Origin: a virus
Direction: 5' to 3' (one strand)
Virus record (IMG/VR): IMGVR_UViG_3300009646_000070
DNA length: 38,960 nt
In this document: positions 23,747 through 31,797 of the stretch, in pieces
Layout of the letters: every line of letters starts with the position of its first letter
Position numbering within the stretch: the first letter of the stretch is position 1
Program-made: the position numbers and the translations under genes
Notes under the pieces: generated by a model
Seen by the model: the letters and a program-made list of their open reading frames with translations, nothing else
Told to the model about the DNA's origin: nothing
Databases searched by the model: none

Positions 23747-23964
23747 TAAGCTCTCCCGGCGCTAGCCGCCAATTGTTTGAATTGAAACGCACGTCCCTCT
23801 TGAACAGTGCGGGGCATATAGAATGCCTTGTTTTTCTGCGCTATTTCGTAGGAAGGAAACAACACCGTTCGATCTTGACCGGCTGGAATCCTTTCAACGA
23901 AAGGCTCCACATCGCTCAAGCTCACGTTCCGAAAATCCTTTGCAGTCAGATTAGGTTTCAACAT
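23746..23964 (-). CDS. Hypothetical protein
   Basis: RBS GAGGAGG before MLKPNL, immediately after twister 1. Confidence 0.65.
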   Translation of the reverse strand: MLKPNLTAKDFRNVSLSDVEPFVERIPAGQDRTVLFPSYEIAQKNKAFYMPRTVQEGRAFQFKQLAASAGRA

Positions 23965-23981
23965 GATGCCTCCTCGCGGGA

Positions 23982-24062
23982 CCGGGCTTACAACCGGCCT
24001 GCCGCATTGCAGCACTCATAGACTAAGACATGCTAGCCGGTGTATGAATGCTGTGTTCTGCG
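23982..24062 (-). ncRNA. Twister ribozyme 1 (permuted, P1 closed as a hairpin)
   Basis: CGCA-GA-ACA-[P1 hairpin]-CAA-TGCG-GC-AG-GCCGG-T-TGT-AAG-CCCGG; T1 ACA/TGT. Confidence 0.85.
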
Positions 24063-24296
24063 TTACTTGCGAGGTTTTAAGAAGATGATGTACAGTTCAT
24101 AGAATGATAAAGCTACAACTAATACTATTAACCACCCTTGAACTGTAATACAGTCATTAAAAAAATCATTGGTTGTAAACAAATGATGATGATAGCGCCA
24201 CAACCATGTTTGTACCCAGTCTAAGAATGTTATGATTGTATTCTCGATTGGGAAAGTCTCGTGAAGCCAGTCCAAAAAGTTTATGATATAATTCAT
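24063..24296 (-). CDS. Small membrane protein
   Basis: C-terminal hydrophobic helix WLIVLVVALSFYELYIIF; lies between twisters 2 and 1. Confidence 0.65.
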   Translation of the reverse strand: MNYIINFLDWLHETFPIENTIITFLDWVQTWLWRYHHHLFTTNDFFNDCITVQGWLIVLVVALSFYELYIIFLKPRK

Positions 24297-24320
24297 TGTA
24301 CCCTCTCATGAAGAGCGTGG

Positions 24321-24378
24321 CCGGGCTTACAACCGGCCTGCCGCATTAAACCCGCACAGTATGCGGGTTCCGTCTGCG
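24321..24378 (-). ncRNA. Twister ribozyme 2 (T1 pseudoknot mismatched)
   Basis: CGCA-GA-CGG-AACCCGCA-TACTG-TGCGGGTT-TAA-TGCG-GC-AG-GCCGG-T-TGT-AAG-CCCGG. Confidence 0.75.
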
Positions 24379-25011
24379 TTAATGGATATAATATGATACA
24401 TTCTTAACTGTGTTTGACCAGCAAGCACGGCATGTATCACAACGTCCACCTTGATTGGGAGCCGGACATGCAAAGCCGATAGGAGCGGAATAACGCTGTA
24501 CAGTAGAGGTTGTTAATTGAGTAAGGCCCTTTGGCTTGCAACCATGATCTATGATATAAGCTGACAACCGGATTGTCAGGTTAGTAGGGATTGTTCCACC
24601 CTCAGCAAGAAATTTTCTCACTACATTAAACTCCTTGGTGGGCATCCAATGCTGGCACCAAGGGGTTGCATTAACAAGAGAAATTATCTGCCGTAGATGT
24701 GCTACGCTCTGAAGATCGCCTGCATCATGCCATCTAAAGTACGACTTGCCTTTTAACATTGTAACCATAGCCTCTTGCCATTGTGGATGCTGAAGTGCTT
24801 TCAATTTGAAAGCACGAAAAGGATCAACATTTTTTGCAAAAGCTTTTGCATAGCCCTTCCTTGCATAGCAATGAGCGCAAGGCGAGTTAGGATTACTGCG
24901 GAGAGTTTTTCCCACATGGCAGGAATCACAGGGCAGTGTGTATGACCCGCACGGCAACTTATTGTTAACGTAAATCTTTCCTACAATCTTTTCAGCTTGT
25001 TTCTTAGTCAT
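24379..25011 (-). CDS. Phage GP88-like Cys-rich protein
   Basis: C..C.VG..L...PNSPC..CYARKG, FRWHD.GDLQS, HWMPTKE, NLTIRLS, CPAP.QGG.C..CRACW; RBS AGGAGG. Confidence 0.8.
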   Translation of the reverse strand: MTKKQAEKIVGKIYVNNKLPCGSYTLPCDSCHVGKTLRSNPNSPCAHCYARKGYAKAFAKNVDPFRAFKLKALQHPQWQEAMVTMLKGKSYFRWHDAGDLQSVAHLRQIISLVNATPWCQHWMPTKEFNVVRKFLAEGGTIPTNLTIRLSAYIIDHGCKPKGLTQLTTSTVQRYSAPIGFACPAPNQGGRCDTCRACWSNTVKNVSYYIH

Positions 25012-25025
25012 GTTCCTCCTAATTG

Positions 25026-25106
25026 CCGGGCTTACAACCGGCCTGCCGCATTACAACACTCATAGACTAGGACACGCTAGCCAGTGTATAGATACTGTGT
25101 TCTGCG
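25026..25106 (-). ncRNA. Twister ribozyme 3
   Basis: CGCA-GA-ACA-[P1]-TAA-TGCG-GC-AG-GCCGG-T-TGT-AAG-CCCGG. Confidence 0.87.
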
Positions 25107-25110
25107 AATG

Positions 25111-25431
25111 CTAATCCCACCAAAGACGAAGTTTTCCACCAATTATGTTGTATTCATCTTCCCCAAGCTCGTGTTCTTCAATAGAGTTTGGTTCGACATA
25201 AACACACACACTGTATTCGCGGGCAAGCAAAACGTCGCCTTTGATGCGTCCTAACAAGTCCGCTGTAAAGTTGTTATAGCCATCCGGGACAGCCTTTGCC
25301 ATGATCTTAACTGCCACGTCGGACGGCACACTTTGAAATGCACGAAAATGAAGATTACGTGTTTCTTCAGTATATGCAGCAATTACTTCATCTGCCACAG
25401 TTTTGTACTTATTTGGTATCCTTGTAACCAT
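25111..25431 (-). CDS. Hypothetical phage protein
   Basis: RBS GGAGGTG; ends LRLWWD; lies between twisters 4 and 3. Confidence 0.7.
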   Translation of the reverse strand: MVTRIPNKYKTVADEVIAAYTEETRNLHFRAFQSVPSDVAVKIMAKAVPDGYNNFTADLLGRIKGDVLLAREYSVCVYVEPNSIEEHELGEDEYNIIGGKLRLWWD

Positions 25432-25448
25432 GTATCACCTCCGCGTAG

Positions 25449-25533
25449 CCGGGCTTGTAACCGGCTTGCCGCATTATCGCACCCGCCATGAATTATACGC
25501 CTAGTAGTAGAGGCTAAGGTGCGTCACTCTGCG
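25449..25533 (-). ncRNA. Twister ribozyme 4
   Basis: CGCA-GA-GTG-[P1 CGCACC/GGTGCG]-TAA-TGCG-GC-AA-GCCGG-T-TAC-AAG-CCCGG. Confidence 0.87.
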
Positions 25534-25544
25534 AACTCTATGAC

Positions 25545-25670
25545 TTACTTAGTATATTTCTTCCCTGTCTCTGCAAATATTTCGCCTCTCAGGGTTGCTT
25601 CATCGAAACGTGGATACTGGCAGGGAAATGCTTTCGTTCTCCATGTATCCTTTGTTGTATCTGTTTTCAT
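25545..25670 (-). CDS. 41-aa hypothetical protein
   Basis: MKTDTTKDTWRTKAFPCQYPRFDEATLRGEIFAETGKKYTK*; only ORF between twisters 5 and 4. Confidence 0.5.
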   Translation of the reverse strand: MKTDTTKDTWRTKAFPCQYPRFDEATLRGEIFAETGKKYTK

Positions 25671-25691
25671 AAATCACCCTATGATACGTGG

Positions 25692-25771
25692 CCGGGCTTG
25701 TCACCGGCCTGCCGCATTAAGGCGGGGCATACCGCAACATCTTGTATGCCGGACTCCGCCTTGACTCTGCG
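25692..25771 (-). ncRNA. Twister ribozyme 5
   Basis: CGCA-GA-GTC-[P1 AGGCGG/CCGCCT]-TAA-TGCG-GC-AG-GCCGG-T-GAC-AAG-CCCGG. Confidence 0.88.
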
Positions 25772-25842
25772 CTATTTCCGAATCTCCAACAGCGTGCCAT
25801 CGGGTCCAAATCGACCGCGATACAATCGTGGCCGGGCATAGG

Positions 25843-26166
25843 CTACCTCACTTTCACCACGATGCCGTTCTTCAATTCGGCCTGCGCATACCACGTATGC
25901 GCCGCAGGAGGATACGTTCCGCTATACGTTGGTGGTTGCGGCCGGGCTGCCCAATAGTGTGGACCTTCCAAGCAAGTCGTGCCTTCAGTTGGTTCGTTGC
26001 CACCAAATGGTCCGGGCTGATAGATGCGCACAGGACGCGCCAGTGCAGCTTCGGGGCCAACAGTAAGAGCAAACACCGGATCGGCGATTGCTTTCAAATG
26101 ATCGTTCCAGTTTTTCACGGCTTCCTTGAGTTGCTTTTTCGTTTTGAAATTGATTGTAGTATACAC
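25843..26166 (-). CDS. Conserved-looking phage hypothetical protein
   Basis: GTG start, RBS GAGGT; YTTINFKTKKQLKEAV...YQPGPFG...LEGPHY...HTWYAQA.LKNG.VVKV. Confidence 0.7.
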   Translation of the reverse strand: MYTTINFKTKKQLKEAVKNWNDHLKAIADPVFALTVGPEAALARPVRIYQPGPFGGNEPTEGTTCLEGPHYWAARPQPPTYSGTYPPAAHTWYAQAELKNGIVVKVR

Positions 26167-26191
26167 GGGCCACCTCAGCGGTTTTAAATTG

Positions 26192-26249
26192 CCGGGCTTC
26201 GGACCGGCTAGCCGCATTAGACCCGCACAGTATGCGGGTGCCGTCTGCG
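26192..26249 (-). ncRNA. Twister ribozyme 6
   Basis: CGCA-GA-CGG-C-ACCCGCA-TACTG-TGCGGGT-C-TAA-TGCG-GC-TA-GCCGG-T-CCG-AAG-CCCGG; T1 CGG/CCG. Confidence 0.88.
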
Positions 26250-26279
26250 ATGTTCAAAGGCGCGATTGGAATTTCTAAG

Positions 26280-26474
26280 CTAATTATTGGTTCGAATTGC
26301 GCTCAATGTTCGCGTGATCTCACGCGCCTGTACGTTTTCCAACAACTTAACGGAAGCACTGACTATTCCAATCTCGCGCATGGTATTTTTTGCGCTAAAT
26401 TTACTGCGCAGCATCATGTTAAGTCGTTGAATTTGCATCTTTTCTTCTGGACTAAGAACTGGTTTGTTTTTCAT
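26280..26474 (-). CDS. Hypothetical protein
   Basis: RBS GGAG before MKNKPVL. Confidence 0.55.
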   Translation of the reverse strand: MKNKPVLSPEEKMQIQRLNMMLRSKFSAKNTMREIGIVSASVKLLENVQAREITRTLSAIRTNN

Positions 26475-27484
26475 AAAGTCTCCGTTACTTCTTAGCGTTT
26501 CGCACGCCATGAATTGCAGCCGCCCGCCGTTGCAATTGTACCGGCTACTAAAGCAGAGATAATCACACCGTCATGTAAGTCGCTCGCAGCATTGGAGTTA
26601 TGTGGTCATCGTCCCACCCGGACTGACTAGCTCCAATGCTCTGAGCGACCGACATTGGAAATATCGGCCACCCAAACTCTTTTATGCACGCATCTAAGGT
26701 GTTTTTCCTTAGCGGTAACTCAGGATGGCCTGTAGCGTTCCTTCCTCGTTTGTTCCCTTCCACTCTTGCCTACTCTATTCGGTTGTCTCTCCGAAATACA
26801 CTCAGCAAGTCGTGGGGTTCAGTCTAACCAACGGAAGATTGCACCATCATGGTATTTGTTTTTCCGAGTTCTTTGGGTTCTCACTCCCGTCTTTCTCTTT
26901 CAATTGCCTGTGAGTTTTTCTTTCTGGCCTTGGTTGCTCGCCCTATCTCAGTTCAGGTATCACGGGGGTCGCTGCTTTCTCGTATTTCGTTCCTTAGCTA
27001 GCTTCCGCTCCCCGTTTTTCTTTGAAGGGCTTCTTCCTCCGCTTTCTTCCGCTGGCTTTCTCAAACACCCTTTACTACTGCATTCCGCCTGCCAATGTGT
27101 GCAATTATATGGGCAAGTCGTTGATATAGAAAGAAATATATTGTTTGCCGGTCGGCCAGCAGGAACGTAATCACATAAGGCCCCGGCCTGTGTGTGGGTT
27201 TCCCCTCACTGGAATGTTACCGTTCGGGTATATTTGTCCATATATTTGCATGGCGAGCCGGGAATGTTCCCGCTCGGGAGCCGGGGATTGTCAATGTAGG
27301 CCAGACGCTTTCTGTTACTGCCCTACTTAGTCTAGCCTCTCGGCTGTTTAAATTCAATAGGTTATCCTGTGGAAATGGGAGGCTAGGACAGCCTCTAATA
27401 GTGACCTTTTGTTTCCAATGCTATTTATTGAGTTAGGTATAATAACTATATTTGCTTTGTTTTGTTTAAGATAAAAAATAGTGC

Positions 27485-27513
27485 TTGACATTGGATTAAA
27501 TCTGATGTAAACT
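27485..27513 (+). promoter_or_regulatory. Sigma70-type promoter at the strand switch
   Basis: TTGACA-N17-TAAACT downstream of an AT-rich tract. Confidence 0.7.
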
Positions 27514-27857
27514 AGCCTTTACGACGCCAAACGTAATGACCAAAGAGTATTACTAAGTCTTTGACTGTAACTCATAGTAATGACTGAGTTTAGCAACGAA
27601 TTAACTCTGTCTTGCTACGTAAGTGACTGTGCCTGCTAGGTTTAACTATGTCAGACAGCATCATGCGTCGTTTTATACACTTACCACTATCCTATACTGA
27701 TACGGTACAGGATACGAGCAGGATCTGGCTGAGTTCGGCGCTTGACCTGCCTATGCAATTGCAAACTCAGTCAACTCCGGCATTCCTGCGCCGGCCGGAA
27801 CTAAGGGACCGAAAGACTTCTAACTTTGGCAGTCGGATTGCAGGTTAGTATGGTACT

Positions 27858-28178
27858 ATGATGAAAAAGATGAAAAACACACAGATCGAATATAAAGAAA
27901 CAGTTCAAAGAATCAAACAAGCGGGCCTTTACCATTTTCGGCCCCTTGCACCCCGGGAATTAGGCTCTCTAGAGTATATAGACCTACGAAACGACCCGCA
28001 ATCCGTGAAGGTAGGCGACCGTGTTTATTGCACTGTCTCTGCTTGCTATGGATGGTCTACGGTTGTAGAAGTCAAGGGCCACGGTAATGGGCTGCGCGTC
28101 AAGACGGACTCTTTTAGAGGTTGGGGCTACGGGCACAACTTCACCCGTAAGCCCCCAGAGTATATGACTAAGGGCTAA
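27858..28178 (+). CDS. Hypothetical protein
   Basis: 106-aa ORF; VKVGDRVYC...G.STVVEV resembles an SH3/KOW-like barrel. Confidence 0.6.
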   Translation: MMKKMKNTQIEYKETVQRIKQAGLYHFRPLAPRELGSLEYIDLRNDPQSVKVGDRVYCTVSACYGWSTVVEVKGHGNGLRVKTDSFRGWGYGHNFTRKPPEYMTKG

Positions 28179-28345
28179 CAAAGGTCCGCCGCGCGCTGGG
28201 GTTTAGCTATCCCGAAAGTGGCACGTTTTGATTCTAACTAGGGGGTGGGGCCTTCACCATTTTCGGCCCCTTGCCTGAGTAAGGGTGAAACCACCCAGTG
28301 TGGTCTTCTGCACAGTGTGAGGAATCGCTCACCTGAAGGAGTATA

Positions 28346-28633
28346 ATGTCTAATAAACTAGTCAGTCTAAAGGAGATATTGTCCAGTCCGGCCTTGCGTC
28401 GCAAGATTATGATGCGGGCTATGCGTCGCGAGATTATGGTGCGGGCTATTGTTGCGACACAGGCTAGGGAGGGCATTGTAACTACGTTGGCTCAGGCTGA
28501 GGCAGCTTACGATAAAGTTCAATTACAATTGACTGCAAAGCCTTTCGACACACCGGCCTGTGAAGGCGACGGCTTTACCGAGAGACAAGCCACCATTACC
28601 TCCGAGGCAGCCAATGAGAAGCCAAGTATATAG
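28346..28633 (+). CDS. Hypothetical protein
   Basis: RBS AAGGAG before MSNKLV. Confidence 0.6.
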   Translation: MSNKLVSLKEILSSPALRRKIMMRAMRREIMVRAIVATQAREGIVTTLAQAEAAYDKVQLQLTAKPFDTPACEGDGFTERQATITSEAANEKPSI

Positions 28634-28880
28634 TTTTGCTGGAGTTATCTGGCTCACGCTGCTGTCTAAATGGGAAGCCATGTTGTTTTTGGCTATCCTA
28701 CATCGTCTGGCGACGCACAACGCACGCTAGGCCCCTCCACGCCTCACGGCGACCCCTTCTAATCGCTTTCCCCGCCAGTTTGCACAATGAGCAGCCGCCC
28801 CGGAAAAGCCGTAGTCTTCCAGTGAGAGACAGAGCCGGGGAGCGGAGTCATGCGTCGATTGCTCCGGCCATTCTACGCAA

Positions 28881-29280
28881 GCTAGCCAGCCTTTACAACG
28901 TCATGCGGAGTCAGGCGTAGCTATAGCGCCAGTATCATACATAAACCACGTCAGAACAACGTAATGCGTCGTATGGCGTCGTCGCCGGGCGTGCTTGACA
29001 TTATTTGTCATAGTCATACTTCCTAGCCTAACGCCAGACGTAGCAGGGCTACATCGCTCCATTCAGCAGCGTAATTACATCATTTTACAGCGTTTACAAC
29101 GTCTGGCGTCAGCGATGCACGCATCGCCGTCGTCGAACGGCGTCATGCGTCGTATGTCGTCGTCCGGCGACGTGGCCATCGCTTAGCCTACACACGCTCT
29201 ATGTCTACGCTCACCGGCGGCGCAAGGCAACGCATGACGTTGTAAGTACCTCGTAATGCGTCGTTTACGCTGGCTAGACA
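28881..29280. repeat. Non-coding CG-rich region with nested inverted and direct repeats
   Basis: 15-bp perfect IR 28893-28907/29231-29245; direct repeats ATGCGTCGTATG(G/T)CGTCGTC at 28964 and 29145; CGTAATGCGTCGT at 28960 and 29252. Confidence 0.7.
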
Positions 29281-29943
29281 CTTTGTGTCACTGGCAACGT
29301 ATGGCGTCGGGGCGGGCCCTACTTTGTGACACTTTGGGGCACCACCGGCGGGGATTCCTACCCCTATGACATTTTTGGTCAGTGCCGCCCGGCGGACTGC
29401 CATACTCATACTACGCAAGACGTAGCAAAAACGTTGTCCAACATGGGTCCCATCCATAGCAAAAATTACATCATGATATTCCCTAACGCAAAATCCCCCG
29501 ACTGAGGGGGTTATGTCGAACGCTGTATACTTCGCCTGCGGAGCCAAGAACTGCACACTAAACCTGAGAGGTTTATCGAGCAGGAACACTTTAGGGGCCC
29601 CTTTCCCGGCGATCCCTGCCACGCAGAGCGACGCCGGACGTTGCAGCCTACGTCCATGGGTCCCATGCGCAGAAAAAACGAAGTACGGCGCTGTCCTAAC
29701 GCCGGATGACTGCTTTGTCAACCTTAGACGGGGAGATTGTCAACTTATAGCTGATATAACAGACAGCCGTAGGAAATTGCACGAAATGACTGTTATGATG
29801 GGCATTCCTTCTCACTGGTAGGGGGGGGGTTCCTTCTCCGGGGAGCCGAAGGGTGGGAGAATCTGCTTATTGTGTGCGGGTATAACAAACAGACCCGGCG
29901 CGGGCGCTTGTTTCAGCTTTTCAGCGTTTGGTGAAATTAAGTA

Positions 29944-29972
29944 TTGACTCTTTTTCCGTTGTATGATAAGCT
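29944..29972 (+). promoter_or_regulatory. Sigma70-type promoter
   Basis: TTGACT-N17-TAAGCT with extended TG. Confidence 0.65.
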
Positions 29973-30068
29973 GGGGGAGTATATAAAATTGGGACTTATA
30001 TACATGACTCCCTCACGTTGAAAACAAAGGAAATTTGGCAAGCGAATCACCTACAAGGAGTTGACCGC

Positions 30069-30236
30069 ATGAACAAAAAATCTCAGGACTCAATATTTCA
30101 TATCTCCTGCCCCCATTGTGGCGAAGCGTTATTGGCTCACTGCGATGGCTCCGAACTTGTTCTTGAAGTTCGCTATGAAGTTGAACGTCCCACGTCGGCC
30201 AAAGCCAATAAGCCGAAGAAAGCGACAAAGGGTTAA
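30069..30236 (+). CDS. Small zinc-ribbon protein (element cargo)
   Basis: RBS AAGGAG; HISCPHCGEALLAHC. Confidence 0.6.
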   Translation: MNKKSQDSIFHISCPHCGEALLAHCDGSELVLEVRYEVERPTSAKANKPKKATKG

Positions 30237-30239
30237 GCG

Positions 30240-30362
30240 ATGAAAAAAGTTCCGCCTGTGTTGGACCGTATAACAGACGTTGTTCTAGCCTATCATCCGA
30301 AGCGAAAGGCAAAAACGAACAATCCGAAAAAGAGGAAAAATGCGACACGTCGTAGCTCTTAG
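30240..30362 (+). CDS. 40-aa basic peptide (element cargo)
   Basis: MKKVPPVLDRITDVVLAYHPKRKAKTNNPKKRKNATRRSS*; similar short ORFs are recalled downstream of IS1595-family transposases (unverified). Confidence 0.5.
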   Translation: MKKVPPVLDRITDVVLAYHPKRKAKTNNPKKRKNATRRSS

Positions 30363-31056
30363 TGGAGGGAAGGACAGCACAGCAATGGCCCTGCTTTTGG
30401 CCGAAGTTGAGCCGAGAGATTACACATACGTCTGCACTCCTACAGGCAACGAGCCTCCTGAAATGTTTGAGCACTGGCTTAACCTTGGTCGCATCCTCGG
30501 AAAGCCGCTCCTTCCCATAATTGGGGGAACGCTTGTTGGACTCATTGAAAAACAGATGGCTCTCCCGAACTGGTGGCAAAGGTGGTGTACTCGACTTCTC
30601 AAGATCGAACCTTACGCAGCTTGGCTCTCCAAACAAGGCGAATGTACATCTTACGTCGGGATTCGCGCCGACGAGCCTGACAGGGAAGGCGGGGATTACC
30701 TTGACATTCCTGGCGTGATTATGGACTTCCCTTTGAAGCGTTTGGGTTGTGGATTGAGGGAAGTCTTGGCTATCAATCAACGCCACGGAGTGACTATCCC
30801 CAAGAGAACGGATTGCGACCTCTGCTTCTTCCAAAGGCTTATCGAGTGGTGGGAATTTTGGAAGCGCAATCCGCTTGGATGGGCTGAAGGTGAGCGGCTC
30901 GAAAAGCTCACTGGTCACAGCTTCCGCTCGCCAGGAAGAGATACCTGGCCCGCTTCTGTGGAGGGACTGAGGCTGAGATTTGAGGCAGGCGACATTCCAA
31001 AGGACACAAGGCGCGACCCGCTCAATGAAATGAAGTGTCGCGTGTGTCGGTTGTAA
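30340..31056 (+). CDS. PAPS-reductase-family (PP-loop) protein (element cargo)
   Basis: VVALSGGKDSTAM PP-loop, TGNEPPE, RWCTRLLKIEP, YVGIRADE, RTDC..CFFQ. Confidence 0.85.
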   Translation: MRHVVALSGGKDSTAMALLLAEVEPRDYTYVCTPTGNEPPEMFEHWLNLGRILGKPLLPIIGGTLVGLIEKQMALPNWWQRWCTRLLKIEPYAAWLSKQGECTSYVGIRADEPDREGGDYLDIPGVIMDFPLKRLGCGLREVLAINQRHGVTIPKRTDCDLCFFQRLIEWWEFWKRNPLGWAEGERLEKLTGHSFRSPGRDTWPASVEGLRLRFEAGDIPKDTRRDPLNEMKCRVCRL

Positions 31057-31138
31057 AGCGAGCAAATCGGCCTTATGGATGCTAGTCTCAAGCACGGGAG
31101 TCATGTATATAAGTCCCATAAAATTCAAGGAGGCTGAA

Positions 31139-31516
31139 ATGAAGAAGATTTTCAGATCACTTTTGTTGGGGGCTTTGTTGGCGTTCGAGACTACCGCCGT
31201 CATCATCGCCGCCGGGGGATACACCGCCACCAAGCAATTTACGCTGACCGTCGTGGCTCCGCTGGTTATTTCCAATGTTTCACCGTTGCCTGAGGCTGTA
31301 GCGGCTCAAACCTACTCCGTAACCTTCACTGCCAGCGGAGGGATTCCGCCTTACGTCTGGTCCGTTACTACCGGCTCTACACTGCCTGCTGGATTAACTC
31401 TTACTTCGGGCGGAGTTCTGAGTGGGATGCCGACTACTGCCGGGACCTATACGTTCTCAATTACTGTCACAGACGGCTCCAATCAGAAAGCACAGTTTAA
31501 AATCGTAGGCCAGTGA
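31139..31516 (+). CDS. Secreted He_PIG/Ig-like domain protein
   Basis: Signal-like N-terminus; YSVTFTASGGIPPYVWSVTTGSTLPAGLTL...LSGMPTTAGTYTFSITVTD. Confidence 0.85.
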   Translation: MKKIFRSLLLGALLAFETTAVIIAAGGYTATKQFTLTVVAPLVISNVSPLPEAVAAQTYSVTFTASGGIPPYVWSVTTGSTLPAGLTLTSGGVLSGMPTTAGTYTFSITVTDGSNQKAQFKIVGQ

Positions 31517-31797
31517 TGAGATTATTTACAATAATCTTGTTGGCGTCGGTTTTGTTAATAGAGACATTAGGTGGGTCCGCAAAGATTCTGCCTAGTGTCT
31601 CTATCACTACTTCATCGCTGCCTGTCGCTGTAGAAAGCAAACCTTATAGATTTCAGTTAACTGCGACTGGCTGCCGTGGGCCGTGTGTGTGGAGAATCTC
31701 TGGACTGCCAAATGGACTTGTTGCAAGCTACTCGGGACTTATTCAAGGCACTCCAATAGTCTCAGGCAAATTCGTTGTAACGGTGTCAGTACGATGA
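31513..31797 (+). CDS. Secreted He_PIG/Ig-like domain protein
   Basis: Signal-like N-terminus; SITTSSLP.A...PY.FQLTATG...W.ISGLPNGL...G.I.GTP. Confidence 0.8.
   Translation: MMRLFTIILLASVLLIETLGGSAKILPSVSITTSSLPVAVESKPYRFQLTATGCRGPCVWRISGLPNGLVASYSGLIQGTPIVSGKFVVTVSVR

Larger units (their letters stand above)
29991..31117 (+). mobile_element. Non-autonomous transposon (1127 bp, IS1595-like hallmarks) carrying three cargo ORFs
   Basis: Perfect 22-bp TIRs GGGACTTATATACATGACTCCC (29991-30012, 31096-31117); 8-bp TSD ATAAAATT (29983-29990, 31118-31125); no transposase inside. Confidence 0.9.

Noticed and set aside
23982-26249. CRISPR array or attC-type cassette array reading of the recurring CCGGGCTT..AACCGGCCTGCCGCATT repeat
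   Set aside because: Spacers are 160-650 nt and contain whole genes, and the repeat includes a variable internal hairpin with covarying triplets that fits a twister fold. No cas or integron integrase genes are present.
26766-27100. Pyrimidine-rich + strand ORF 26766-27170
   Set aside because: Low-complexity strand bias against the local gene direction; no long minus-strand frame either, so left unannotated.
29188-29821. Track ORFs 29188-29721 (-) and 29513-29821 (+)
   Set aside because: No convincing RBS or recognisable motif; mutually overlapping within a repeat-rich region.
30013-31275. 420-aa minus-strand ORF as the transposase of the element
   Set aside because: It is the antisense shadow of the PAPS-reductase gene, crosses the right TIR and has no DDE motif.
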